From positions 1-63,122 of IMG/VR virus record IMGVR_UViG_3300032516_005551: a DNA stretch of 63,122 bases, one strand, 5' to 3'. This DNA comes from a virus (lineage: Duplodnaviria; Caudoviricetes). The position numbers and the translations under genes were made by a program. The notes under the pieces were generated by a model. That model did no database searches. It had not been told where the DNA came from and was given only the letters and a program-made list of their open reading frames with translations. Positions within the stretch are counted from its first letter, which is position 1. Each line of letters begins with the position of its first letter. Positions 19,909 through 28,493 of the stretch are shown here, piece by piece.

Positions 19909-21318
19909 ATGCTAATGAATAAGGATAAGAAAACCGAACATCGTCGGGAAATGCGCTTGCGCGCAAAACAACGAAAACTCCTGAAAGCCAATGAATTGGA
20001 GGAAGAACTCGATTCTGACGAGTTGGACGTTATTGAAACGGCGAGTGAACCCGCGGAGAAGGAAATGGATCCGGAAGAGGTTTCCATTGCTCCGACATCC
20101 TTCAACGAACTTGATGAAGCCAAAGTGGCTGCTGAAGAAGCAGAAGATATTATGGAAGTTACCCTTGATACCGAGATGCTCGTCAGAAATATCCTGCGGG
20201 ATAGCGAAATGGATCCAACCAAAAAGGTGGAAGCCATTCATTCTGTCGCAAAAGAATTTGGTAATCGGCTTAAGGCTGGGGTTCGTTCCATCGTGAAAAG
20301 CATCGGAATTGATCTTGGACCTGACAAGAAGCACAATTCCATCCTGATTCAAAAGGATGCCAGTAATAATTGGCGCTGGGTTGGGTGTGTATCGAACAAT
20401 TATGTTGATTGGGATGGAGATATTATCTCTGAAGATGCGCACAAAGAATACTTGGAATGGCTTGATAAGAATATGGATGTGTCTCCGGTTTTTGTATCCT
20501 GGCACACACCCGGTACTGCTCGTATGGCGCCTGTTGATTTTGCTATGTATGAAAATGGTTTCTTGATAATGAGCGGACCCCTTCAAGAAAATGAAGCAAT
20601 GGGTCTATTGAAAGCGCAATCCAAGATTGATCTTGGTATGTCGCATGGTACATTTGCATTATCGCGGGATTCGAGTGATCCGCGTGTCATTACGAAATAT
20701 CGTATGTACGAAGCGTCGGATCTGCCCCTTGTAAAAGCGGCAAATCCTTTCACCGATTTTGAAACCATTGTCAAGGAGGTTGGTATGAACAAGAAAGAAT
20801 ATTTGACACAGATTATGGGAAGCGAAGAGAAAGCCGACGCTTTCCTAGAAAAGATCGGCCTGAAGCAGAAAATCCTCGATGAGGCCGGGATTGAAAGCAA
20901 GGAAAAATCCGAGGTGGCAGTTGTGCCCGAGGTTGTCCCCGAGGTTGTCTCCGTGCCGGTCGTCGTTACTGTTCCAGAACCTGTCGTTCCGACTGCGACT
21001 GTTCCGACGATGGATGAAATTCTGAAAGCAATGGACATAGACGGCCTGAATGAGTTTATTGCCCAGGCCAGGGAAGATCATGAGAAGATCCCCGTTCTGG
21101 AGGCCCTTGTCAAGGAACTCCAGGGATCCCAGGATGAGAAGTTGGCAGAAAAGCTAACTCCGCCCGTTGGACGTTTCACCTGGTCATTGGAGAATCGCCC
21201 ATCACTTTCTGAAGAGAATGTGGTGGACGGGGAAGAGAAAAAGAAAAATCAGCCCGGCGTTCCGGATGGATATTGGTTGTCTGAAGCAACTCAAACAACC
21301 CCTGTGCCGGTTCAGTAA
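19909..21318 (+). CDS. Prohead protease-scaffold fusion
   Basis: DWDGDIIS, WH, GMSHG and EAS...AANP motifs resembling HK97-type S78 proteases, flanked by acidic coiled regions; directly before the capsid gene. Confidence 0.65.
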   Translation: MLMNKDKKTEHRREMRLRAKQRKLLKANELEEELDSDELDVIETASEPAEKEMDPEEVSIAPTSFNELDEAKVAAEEAEDIMEVTLDTEMLVRNILRDSEMDPTKKVEAIHSVAKEFGNRLKAGVRSIVKSIGIDLGPDKKHNSILIQKDASNNWRWVGCVSNNYVDWDGDIISEDAHKEYLEWLDKNMDVSPVFVSWHTPGTARMAPVDFAMYENGFLIMSGPLQENEAMGLLKAQSKIDLGMSHGTFALSRDSSDPRVITKYRMYEASDLPLVKAANPFTDFETIVKEVGMNKKEYLTQIMGSEEKADAFLEKIGLKQKILDEAGIESKEKSEVAVVPEVVPEVVSVPVVVTVPEPVVPTATVPTMDEILKAMDIDGLNEFIAQAREDHEKIPVLEALVKELQGSQDEKLAEKLTPPVGRFTWSLENRPSLSEENVVDGEEKKKNQPGVPDGYWLSEATQTTPVPVQ

Positions 21319-21341
21319 TTAATCACCATAGGAGGTGCAAA

Positions 21342-22862
21342 ATGAAACCTAACGAATCCACTGTTGATCCCCAGAAGGTAATGCAAGCATTTGGTGAACT
21401 TTTGGGCAAGTATGTGAACGCAGAGAACATCCAGAAGGTGCAGACCGTTGGTGCCCCGATCGGCCCCTATATCTACGGTCCTGGAGGTTTGTTCGGCGTT
21501 CGTGGTCTGGAACGCGATATCATTTCAACCCATACCCAGATCCTCGGGTCTTTGGGCGAATTGATTCCGATCCAGGGATCTGTTGATACCAATCCGCTGT
21601 TCCCGTATATTACGGGTTTCCTGCGTTCGGACCAACAGGAGAAGGATGCCGTCTGCGATAACCCTGTGCAGGCCGCGAACTTCAAGACTTGTATCCAGAC
21701 TACGGTCTTTGGGCGCAAGGAATTTAAGACCCGGCAGGTTGAGATCAACCGCATTGGGCAGCGCATTAACCGCGGTGAATTCCACGATCTGAACATTGTG
21801 AATGGACCGTTGGTGGAGCAGATGGGTGGACTTATGCAGGGCTTCTTCGGTCTGCAAGGTCAATCTGCCATCTTTGCAGGACGAGAGATGGTCATGCGCC
21901 TGGTAGAAGTCGGCGTTGCTTATCAACGCTGGTTCTGCCCGCAGGTCTTTACCGGCAATCCGACCAATAACTCTGCTGGTGGCGGGTACAAAGAATTCCC
22001 CGGTCTCGATCTTCTCATCAGCACAACCAAGATCGATGCCTTGACCGGCACCGCCTGTCCGAGTCTTTACTCTGACATTAAATCGTTTGGTTATCGCCAG
22101 GTTGACAGCATCGTGGATCCTGACATCGTTCGTACCATTACGACCATGATGCGGATATTGAAGAGGAAAGCCTCAACGCAAGGTTTGTCACCTGTCGATA
22201 TCCGTATGGTCATGCGCAATGAGTTGTTCTATGCACTAACCGAGATTTGGCCCTGCCGTTACATTACCTACAAGTGCACTGGTATCGACAACACGGGCAT
22301 TGACCCGGCTGGTTCATACTCTACCGAGGCGATGTTTCGCATGAAGACCGAAATGCGCCAGGGCAACTTCTTGTGGGTAGATGGTTTCCAGGTGCCCGTC
22401 ATTATTGACGACTGCATTGCCGAAGACAACCACAATGACAATGGAACCATTCCAGCTGGTTGCTTCGCTTCGGACATCTACTTCGTCCCGTTCAATGCGA
22501 ACGGCGGAACCCTGCGGACTCTCTACTGGGAATACTACGACTACCGGAACGATGTCCTTCCCGCTGTCTCAGACGCACGCGCCGGAACATTCTTCTGGTC
22601 CGATAGCGGCGCGTTCCTGTGGGGCTTGAAGGCACCCGACAACTGGTGTCTCGAAGTAATTTCCAAGGTCGAACCCCGGTTGATCCTGCGCACCCCGCAG
22701 TTGGCTGGTCGCTTGACTGACATTGCTTATTGCCCGCTCCAGCACTCGGATGATCCTCTGCCGAGCCAGGACTACTGGGTTAATGGTGGTGTAACCACTG
22801 GTCGCCCTGCTCCTTCGCCTTACAGCGAATGGAATGCGGCAGGACCAGGCTTCAACAACTAA
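21342..22862 (+). CDS. Major capsid protein
   Basis: Strong GGAGGTG RBS, follows the protease, contains FTGNP...EFPGLD, and is followed by a strong terminator. Confidence 0.75.
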   Translation: MKPNESTVDPQKVMQAFGELLGKYVNAENIQKVQTVGAPIGPYIYGPGGLFGVRGLERDIISTHTQILGSLGELIPIQGSVDTNPLFPYITGFLRSDQQEKDAVCDNPVQAANFKTCIQTTVFGRKEFKTRQVEINRIGQRINRGEFHDLNIVNGPLVEQMGGLMQGFFGLQGQSAIFAGREMVMRLVEVGVAYQRWFCPQVFTGNPTNNSAGGGYKEFPGLDLLISTTKIDALTGTACPSLYSDIKSFGYRQVDSIVDPDIVRTITTMMRILKRKASTQGLSPVDIRMVMRNELFYALTEIWPCRYITYKCTGIDNTGIDPAGSYSTEAMFRMKTEMRQGNFLWVDGFQVPVIIDDCIAEDNHNDNGTIPAGCFASDIYFVPFNANGGTLRTLYWEYYDYRNDVLPAVSDARAGTFFWSDSGAFLWGLKAPDNWCLEVISKVEPRLILRTPQLAGRLTDIAYCPLQHSDDPLPSQDYWVNGGVTTGRPAPSPYSEWNAAGPGFNN

Positions 22863-22879
22863 TCAACTCCTCTCAATCA

Positions 22880-22909
22880 ACGGAGGGTGGAAACACCCTC
22901 CGTTTTATT
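22880..22909 (+). terminator. Rho-independent terminator after the capsid gene
   Basis: ACGGAGGGTG-GAAA-CACCCTCCGT followed by TTTATT. Confidence 0.85.
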
Positions 22910-22910
22910 A

Positions 22911-22938
22911 TTGACAGTTATGGCATTGAGGGTATAAT
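22911..22938 (+). promoter_or_regulatory. Consensus sigma70 promoter for the second sugar operon
   Basis: TTGACA-N16-TATAAT. Confidence 0.8.
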
Positions 22939-23014
22939 ACGCCCATTGAGTATTTAACTTTGGCCAGTTGGAAATGTGGTAGCTTCCGCCATCTCAATGG
23001 GCGTATTATGCCTC
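22928..23014. repeat. Inverted repeat overlapping the -10 box
   Basis: ATAATACGCCCATTGAG / CTCAATGGGCGTATTAT, 17 bp perfect with a 42-bp spacer. Confidence 0.85.
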
Positions 23015-23093
23015 TAAAGGAAGCAGAAAGACAAGGCGAAGCAATGTTAATTCCAAAACCTTTTATCTTTAGTTCTTTTAAAGGGAGATTGTT

Positions 23094-24017
23094 ATGCTTA
23101 CTGGGCGCTTGATTCTAACTGGCGGGGCTGGCACCTTAGGGGAAGCAATAATTCGTCGCGCAACCGAAGAAAAATGGGATTGTCAGATTACAGTGTTTTC
23201 TACGGACGCGATGAAACACTTGAAACTAAAGGCGAAATATCCCAAAGTTCAATATGTTGTTGGTGATATTCGGGATGCGAATGCCTTGCTCAATGTCATG
23301 ACCGGAAAAGATTACTGCCTGCACCTGGCAGCAGTCAAACATATTGACGTGAGTGAATACAACTCGATTGATACCTATGAGATCAATGTAGGTGGTTCTC
23401 TCAATGTTTGTGCAGTTGCCATGCAATTGGGTGTACCGCATGTTCTGGGGATTTCCACCGATAAAGCGGTTCATCCTGCCAATTGCTATGGTGCCACTAA
23501 GATGCTTATGGAACGCGTCTTTCAAGAATATGCGCGCTTGGACATTCCAACTCAATATCATTTAGTGAGATATGGAAATGTGATCGAGAGTAGTGGATCG
23601 GTTGTTCAGGCATGGAAAAAATCGATCGCCCGTGGAGAAAATATAAAAATAACAGATCCGCAAATGTCAAGGTTTTGGCTTAATCCAAGTCGGGCCGTGG
23701 ACTGTGTTCTAAAGGCTCTTGAGTGTCCTTCTGGATGCGTCTATATTCCGCGAATGCCATCGCTTTCAATTGGAAAATTAATGCAATATACAGTCGGAGA
23801 CGTTTTATTTGAGCGTGTTCCAATTAGGCCAGGAGAGAAAATGAACGAGTCTCTTCTTTCCGAAGAAGAAGGCTGGTACGCACTCCAAAGTCCGGATGCG
23901 TTTCTGCTGGCACCCAACACCGCTGGGCGTTTTGAAACGGCGGTTTTGCCATATACAAGTGATACTGCCAGGGAACTTACGCGAGATGAACTGGAAGTAT
24001 TGCTGGAGGAGGGATGA
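23094..24017 (+). CDS. NDP-sugar 4,6-dehydratase (PseB/FlaA1/CapD family)
   Basis: TGGAGTLG, AAVKHI, STDKA, YGATK, RYGNV, MSRF and RPGEK motifs. Confidence 0.9.
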   Translation: MLTGRLILTGGAGTLGEAIIRRATEEKWDCQITVFSTDAMKHLKLKAKYPKVQYVVGDIRDANALLNVMTGKDYCLHLAAVKHIDVSEYNSIDTYEINVGGSLNVCAVAMQLGVPHVLGISTDKAVHPANCYGATKMLMERVFQEYARLDIPTQYHLVRYGNVIESSGSVVQAWKKSIARGENIKITDPQMSRFWLNPSRAVDCVLKALECPSGCVYIPRMPSLSIGKLMQYTVGDVLFERVPIRPGEKMNESLLSEEEGWYALQSPDAFLLAPNTAGRFETAVLPYTSDTARELTRDELEVLLEEG

Positions 24018-24499
24018 CAGAAGACTATCTGCAACTCTTGATCGAAAATCAACGCATATTGGGGCAATTCGATGCGTCCAAAGTCAGTGGGCTTACCCCT
24101 CAGTGGTTCTGGGATCGCTGGATAGACCTGATAGACTTCAGGGGAAGTCTTAAAATCCGTACAACTAATCTTGTTCTCGGAAGAAAGGTTTGTATCATTA
24201 CCGCTTCGCACATCATATCCTCCGGAGCGGCCGGTGATTGGTCAATAAAGCGTGTCTGGATCGATGACAATGTATATATTGGCTCGCGTGCATTATTATA
24301 TAATTGTCACATTATGAACAACGCGGTGGTAGCTTGCGGTGCAGTAGTGAGAAATATGATTGTTTCTGCATTTACAATTGTTGAAGGAAATCCAGCCAGG
24401 TTATGTGGTAAATTTGAGAACGGAATGTGGAGAAGAATAGAGAGCAGCCACGTGGCCCGTGAGTATCTGAATGGTTTGCAGGAGTGGGAAGAAGGATGA
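24014..24499 (+). CDS. Hexapeptide-repeat (LbH) acyltransferase
   Basis: VWIDDNVYIG and AVVACGAVV..IVEGNPAR motifs. Confidence 0.8.
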   Translation: MTEDYLQLLIENQRILGQFDASKVSGLTPQWFWDRWIDLIDFRGSLKIRTTNLVLGRKVCIITASHIISSGAAGDWSIKRVWIDDNVYIGSRALLYNCHIMNNAVVACGAVVRNMIVSAFTIVEGNPARLCGKFENGMWRRIESSHVAREYLNGLQEWEEG

Positions 24500-25230
24500 C
24501 AGACAATTGGGAATTGATGCTGGACTGCAAGGGCATGGGAGGAAATGCCGTTGTTCCAGCTCCTCCACTTTGCATTATTTTGATCACATACCTTAGAACA
24601 GAGATGGCTGTCAGAACGATCAAAGGGATCGCAGATAAGCTGGATTATCCCAAAGAATTACTTTCATGGTATATTGCCGACGATGGATCTCCCAGCAAAC
24701 ACATGGCCGAGATATTCAAAACCATTTCTGACTCCGGAATGAAACTGGCGGGATATCATAATCAAAAACTTCAACCGGGTTTCTTGTGCGGGGTCGGATG
24801 GAATCTTGCCATAAGAAAAGCACATCAGATATCAGACTATATCATGCTTCTGGAAGATGATTGGGTATTGAAGAATACGATGGACATCAGACCATATATG
24901 TGGATGTTGAAGGAAACACCCACTGTTGGCATCGCAAGATTAAGCGGGTTAACCACTGATAATATTGTAAAAGTCATGGTTCATCGCGGAACCCATTATC
25001 TTCAATATCTTCGCCAGGCTCCATTTTGCTATTCCGGAAACCCTCATATCCGGCATCTCAGATTTACCGAATATTATGGGTTTTTTGATACTGACAAATC
25101 ACCCGGGGATATAGAGGTATACTATGATGGCAAGTTCAGGTGGATGAAAGGTGGACCAGAAATCTGGAGGCCAGCCGAGTTATCTGCCTGGGGACCTTTC
25201 GATCATATTGGACAGACGAGGACATGGTAA
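24496..25230 (+). CDS. Glycosyltransferase family 2
   Basis: LITYLR, ADDGS and LEDDW motifs. Confidence 0.8.
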   Translation: MTDNWELMLDCKGMGGNAVVPAPPLCIILITYLRTEMAVRTIKGIADKLDYPKELLSWYIADDGSPSKHMAEIFKTISDSGMKLAGYHNQKLQPGFLCGVGWNLAIRKAHQISDYIMLLEDDWVLKNTMDIRPYMWMLKETPTVGIARLSGLTTDNIVKVMVHRGTHYLQYLRQAPFCYSGNPHIRHLRFTEYYGFFDTDKSPGDIEVYYDGKFRWMKGGPEIWRPAELSAWGPFDHIGQTRTW

Positions 25231-25847
25231 TGACAGATGAGGAAAATTTCAACGATCCCAGAACTTACGATGGCAGAGATCCAGCTATATGGATGGATGG
25301 TCTAAAAGAAATGGATCTTCATAATATAAAACACCTTTTGATCACTTTTGCATATTTTGGCATCCCGGAATCCATGTTGGATATTGGATGCGGGACAGGC
25401 ATCATAGTCAAAACCGCTATGAAACTGGGGGTGAGATCGTATGGGTTGGATCAACTTGTGGACGAGAATGACAAAACAAACTGGCCGGATGGTTTTGTTC
25501 ACATGAACTTGGTTGATTTCTGGAAAGCTCCCGAACCAGTTGATATCGTATTCTGCATAGAGACAGCCGAGCATATTCACGAAACAGCACATGGAACACT
25601 ATGCAGGACGCTGTGCGAAAATCTAAAGGAAGGACCAAATCACCACATCATCTTTTCTGCTGCTCGTCCGGGGCAGGTGGGGGCAGGACACGTCGCCAAT
25701 CGTCCAGCGGAATACTGGCATAACGAAATGATCGCGCACAATGTTGGTTTTGATAAAATTGCCACAATGAATCTTGGACTCCTTTATTCAAACACCCAGA
25801 GCGCGCTTAATTATTTTTGGGATAATCTGATCGTGTTCAGTCGATGA
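25224..25847 (+). CDS. Class I SAM-dependent methyltransferase
   Basis: LDIGCGTG, ETAEHI and FSAARPGQ.GAGHV motifs. Confidence 0.85.
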   Translation: MVMTDEENFNDPRTYDGRDPAIWMDGLKEMDLHNIKHLLITFAYFGIPESMLDIGCGTGIIVKTAMKLGVRSYGLDQLVDENDKTNWPDGFVHMNLVDFWKAPEPVDIVFCIETAEHIHETAHGTLCRTLCENLKEGPNHHIIFSAARPGQVGAGHVANRPAEYWHNEMIAHNVGFDKIATMNLGLLYSNTQSALNYFWDNLIVFSR

Positions 25848-26824
25848 TAATTACACGTACTCCCCTGAGGATCTCTTTTTGCGGTGGTGGAACGGATATG
25901 CCCAGTTTCTATCAGAGACATGGTGGCGCGGTGGTCAGCCTATCCATAGACCAATATCTATATGTCTCAGTTAATAAAAAGTTCGATGGGAGGATAAGAC
26001 TTTCTTATTCACGCACAGAAAATGTAGACCATCCTTCCGAACTGAAACACGATCTGGCCAGGGCTTGCCTGGAATTGTTTAACCTAAAAGGAGTAGAGAT
26101 AACATCTGTTTCAGACATCCCGGGCGAAGGAAGTGGACTTGGATCCTCCAGTTCTTTTACAGTAGGATTACTGAAAGCTATATCTTACTATTGCGAAAAG
26201 CCTTATAGTTCTCCATACATCCTGGCGGAAACCGCCTACATGGTTGAACTGAGCGTTGGACATCCCATTGGAAAACAGGATGCCTTTGCTGCCGCTTACG
26301 GAGGGTTGCATTTCTTTAAGTTCAATAAGGATGATCATGTGGAAGTGGAACCAATATGTTTTCAGAATGGGGAAGAGAATGAATTTCAAAACCAACTTAT
26401 GTTATTATGGACTGGAAAGACCAGAAAATCATCCAGTATATTAAAGCAACAGAGCAAGAATATTTCAAAGAACGGAATGTCTGAAAACGCGGCTCTTGAT
26501 ATGCGTGATCTTGCCTATAAACTTCGCGAAAATCTACTGCTGGGCGGAATATTTACGCTGGGAGAATGTCTGCATAATAACTGGGAATTAAAGAAGGAAT
26601 TGGTGGAAGGAATATCTAACAACAATATTGATGATTTGTATGCAAGTGCCAGGGGTCTGGGAGCGAGTGGAGGAAAAATATGTGGAGCAGGTGGTGGAGG
26701 TTTTCTGCTTTTATGTGCACCAATTGGAAAACAACCCGACATAGAATTTTCTCTTGGATTACGTAGGATACCATTCAGAATATCAAAAAAAGGGAGCACT
26801 ATTATCTATGGCAACGACAACTAG
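25844..26824 (+). CDS. hddA: D-glycero-alpha-D-manno-heptose-7-phosphate kinase (GHMP family)
   Basis: TPLRISFCGGGTD, GSGLGSSS, GKQD and KICGAGGGGF motifs. Confidence 0.85.
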   Translation: MIITRTPLRISFCGGGTDMPSFYQRHGGAVVSLSIDQYLYVSVNKKFDGRIRLSYSRTENVDHPSELKHDLARACLELFNLKGVEITSVSDIPGEGSGLGSSSSFTVGLLKAISYYCEKPYSSPYILAETAYMVELSVGHPIGKQDAFAAAYGGLHFFKFNKDDHVEVEPICFQNGEENEFQNQLMLLWTGKTRKSSSILKQQSKNISKNGMSENAALDMRDLAYKLRENLLLGGIFTLGECLHNNWELKKELVEGISNNNIDDLYASARGLGASGGKICGAGGGGFLLLCAPIGKQPDIEFSLGLRRIPFRISKKGSTIIYGNDN

Positions 26825-27188
26825 AAAACCGAAGGTTCTTTTCATGGACGACAGAAGTAAACGAATTCATTCTGCAATCGGGAAGTTTAAGAACTGTGAT
26901 CTAACCATAGTTACCAACGTCATCGAGTGTCTTCAATTTCTTTCGAACGAAGAATGGGATGTGGTTTTCTTGGACCATGATCTGGGTGGTCGGGAATTTA
27001 TGGATCCATCAAGTCCTTTTAGCGGGATGGAAGTGCTTAGGTATATTTCAAGAACTAGTTGGCCCATAGAAAAAAAGAAACCCAATTTTGTCATTCACTC
27101 CTCTAATACATTCGCTGCCATGGCAATGGAGGAGTATCTCAAAGAAATGAAATTCTCTGTGGTGAGAAGGAGATGGGAATATGGTTAA
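26808..27188 (+). CDS. Stand-alone receiver-like domain (cyclic-phosphate-processing REC type)
   Basis: LFMDD, FLDHDLG and IHSSN motifs. Confidence 0.65.
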   Translation: MATTTRKPKVLFMDDRSKRIHSAIGKFKNCDLTIVTNVIECLQFLSNEEWDVVFLDHDLGGREFMDPSSPFSGMEVLRYISRTSWPIEKKKPNFVIHSSNTFAAMAMEEYLKEMKFSVVRRRWEYG

Positions 27189-27585
27189 GGTTGGGCTGGT
27201 AACTGGTGCATTTGATATCATCCATCCAGGGTATATCCGTTTATTCAAGGATGCCAAGCGGGTGTGTGATTACCTTATTGTTGCTCTCCAGGATGATCCA
27301 TCGTTGGAAAGACCGAAGACAAAATACAAACCGATCTTCTCCAAGGAAGAAAGGTTTGAGATCCTCATGTCCATTCGTTATGTGGATGAAGTGCGATTCT
27401 ACAACACAGAAGATGATTTGATGCTTCTTCTTTTGGAGATCAAACCCGATTCAAGGATCATGGGTACGGATCATTCTGGAAAAGTAGTAACTGGAAGGAA
27501 TGCGGCTCCGATCTATTATCATATCAGAAATCATAACTGGTCGGAAACAAGAGTCAGGAAATTATTATGCGAGGAGAGAAAATGA
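27181..27585 (+). CDS. Cytidylyl/adenylyltransferase (TagD/RfaE-like, HIGH family)
   Basis: GAFDIIHPGY (HxGH variant), ER..IL..IRYVDEV and MGTD motifs. Confidence 0.85.
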   Translation: MVKVGLVTGAFDIIHPGYIRLFKDAKRVCDYLIVALQDDPSLERPKTKYKPIFSKEERFEILMSIRYVDEVRFYNTEDDLMLLLLEIKPDSRIMGTDHSGKVVTGRNAAPIYYHIRNHNWSETRVRKLLCEERK

Positions 27586-28493
27586 AGGTTCTATGCACTG
27601 GCGCAGCAGGATTTGTATGCAGTCATGTTGTTGATCTGCTTCTGAAAGGTGGTCATGAAGTATTGTGCATTGACGATCTATCTTCTGGACTTAGAAGCAA
27701 TCTCCCAAGGAAAGTTAATTTTGTAGAGATAAATGTTGCAAACTGGTATGATATCGTTTCTGAATTTGTGGATTTCAAACCAGAGGTAGTCATCCACATG
27801 GCTGCCCAGCCATCCATCTTCGAATCATTTGACAATCCAATTCGGGACGGTTATGTGAACGTAATGGGAACTCTGAACGTGATCCGGGCGGCTCAGAAAA
27901 TAGGGGCAGAAAGGCTAGTATTCTCTTCCACTTCTGCTGTATACATGGAACTCTACTCGGACCTTCCTACTACCGAAGAATGGCCGTGTCATCCAAATAC
28001 ACCTTATGGTATTTCAAAATTAGCGGCGGAGTCCTATGTAAGACTTCTGATGCCGGAGGGCGGAACCGTGTTGCGTTTTGGGAATGTCTATGGTGAGAGA
28101 CAGGTTCCACTTGGAGAAAACCAGGTTGTACCAAGAATGATACGGCATTTTGAGAAAGGCGATGATTTTTTCATTCATGGTGAAGGCACCCAACAACGAG
28201 ACCTGGTATACGTCGGCGACGTAGCGCGTGCTGTTGTTTTTGCAATGACTGGTCCTGTTGGTATTTATAATATCGCTTCTGGAAAAGCGGTGTCAATTAA
28301 TAAACTGGCCACTATGATTGAAGAGATTTATCAAGTACCTGGCTACAACTGGCAGTATGACGACAAGATCGATCCCAGAGTAAAGGCTGAATTGGATATT
28401 CGAAAGGCTATTCATGATTTGAATTGGCATCCCGGTATTGATCTTCAAGCTGGTTTATGCAAGACTGTTGAATGGTGGAAGGCACAGAAATGA
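27582..28493 (+). CDS. NAD-dependent epimerase/dehydratase (GalE-like)
   Basis: TGAAGFV, SSTSAVY, YGISK and RFGNVYG motifs. Confidence 0.9.
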   Translation: MKVLCTGAAGFVCSHVVDLLLKGGHEVLCIDDLSSGLRSNLPRKVNFVEINVANWYDIVSEFVDFKPEVVIHMAAQPSIFESFDNPIRDGYVNVMGTLNVIRAAQKIGAERLVFSSTSAVYMELYSDLPTTEEWPCHPNTPYGISKLAAESYVRLLMPEGGTVLRFGNVYGERQVPLGENQVVPRMIRHFEKGDDFFIHGEGTQQRDLVYVGDVARAVVFAMTGPVGIYNIASGKAVSINKLATMIEEIYQVPGYNWQYDDKIDPRVKAELDIRKAIHDLNWHPGIDLQAGLCKTVEWWKAQK

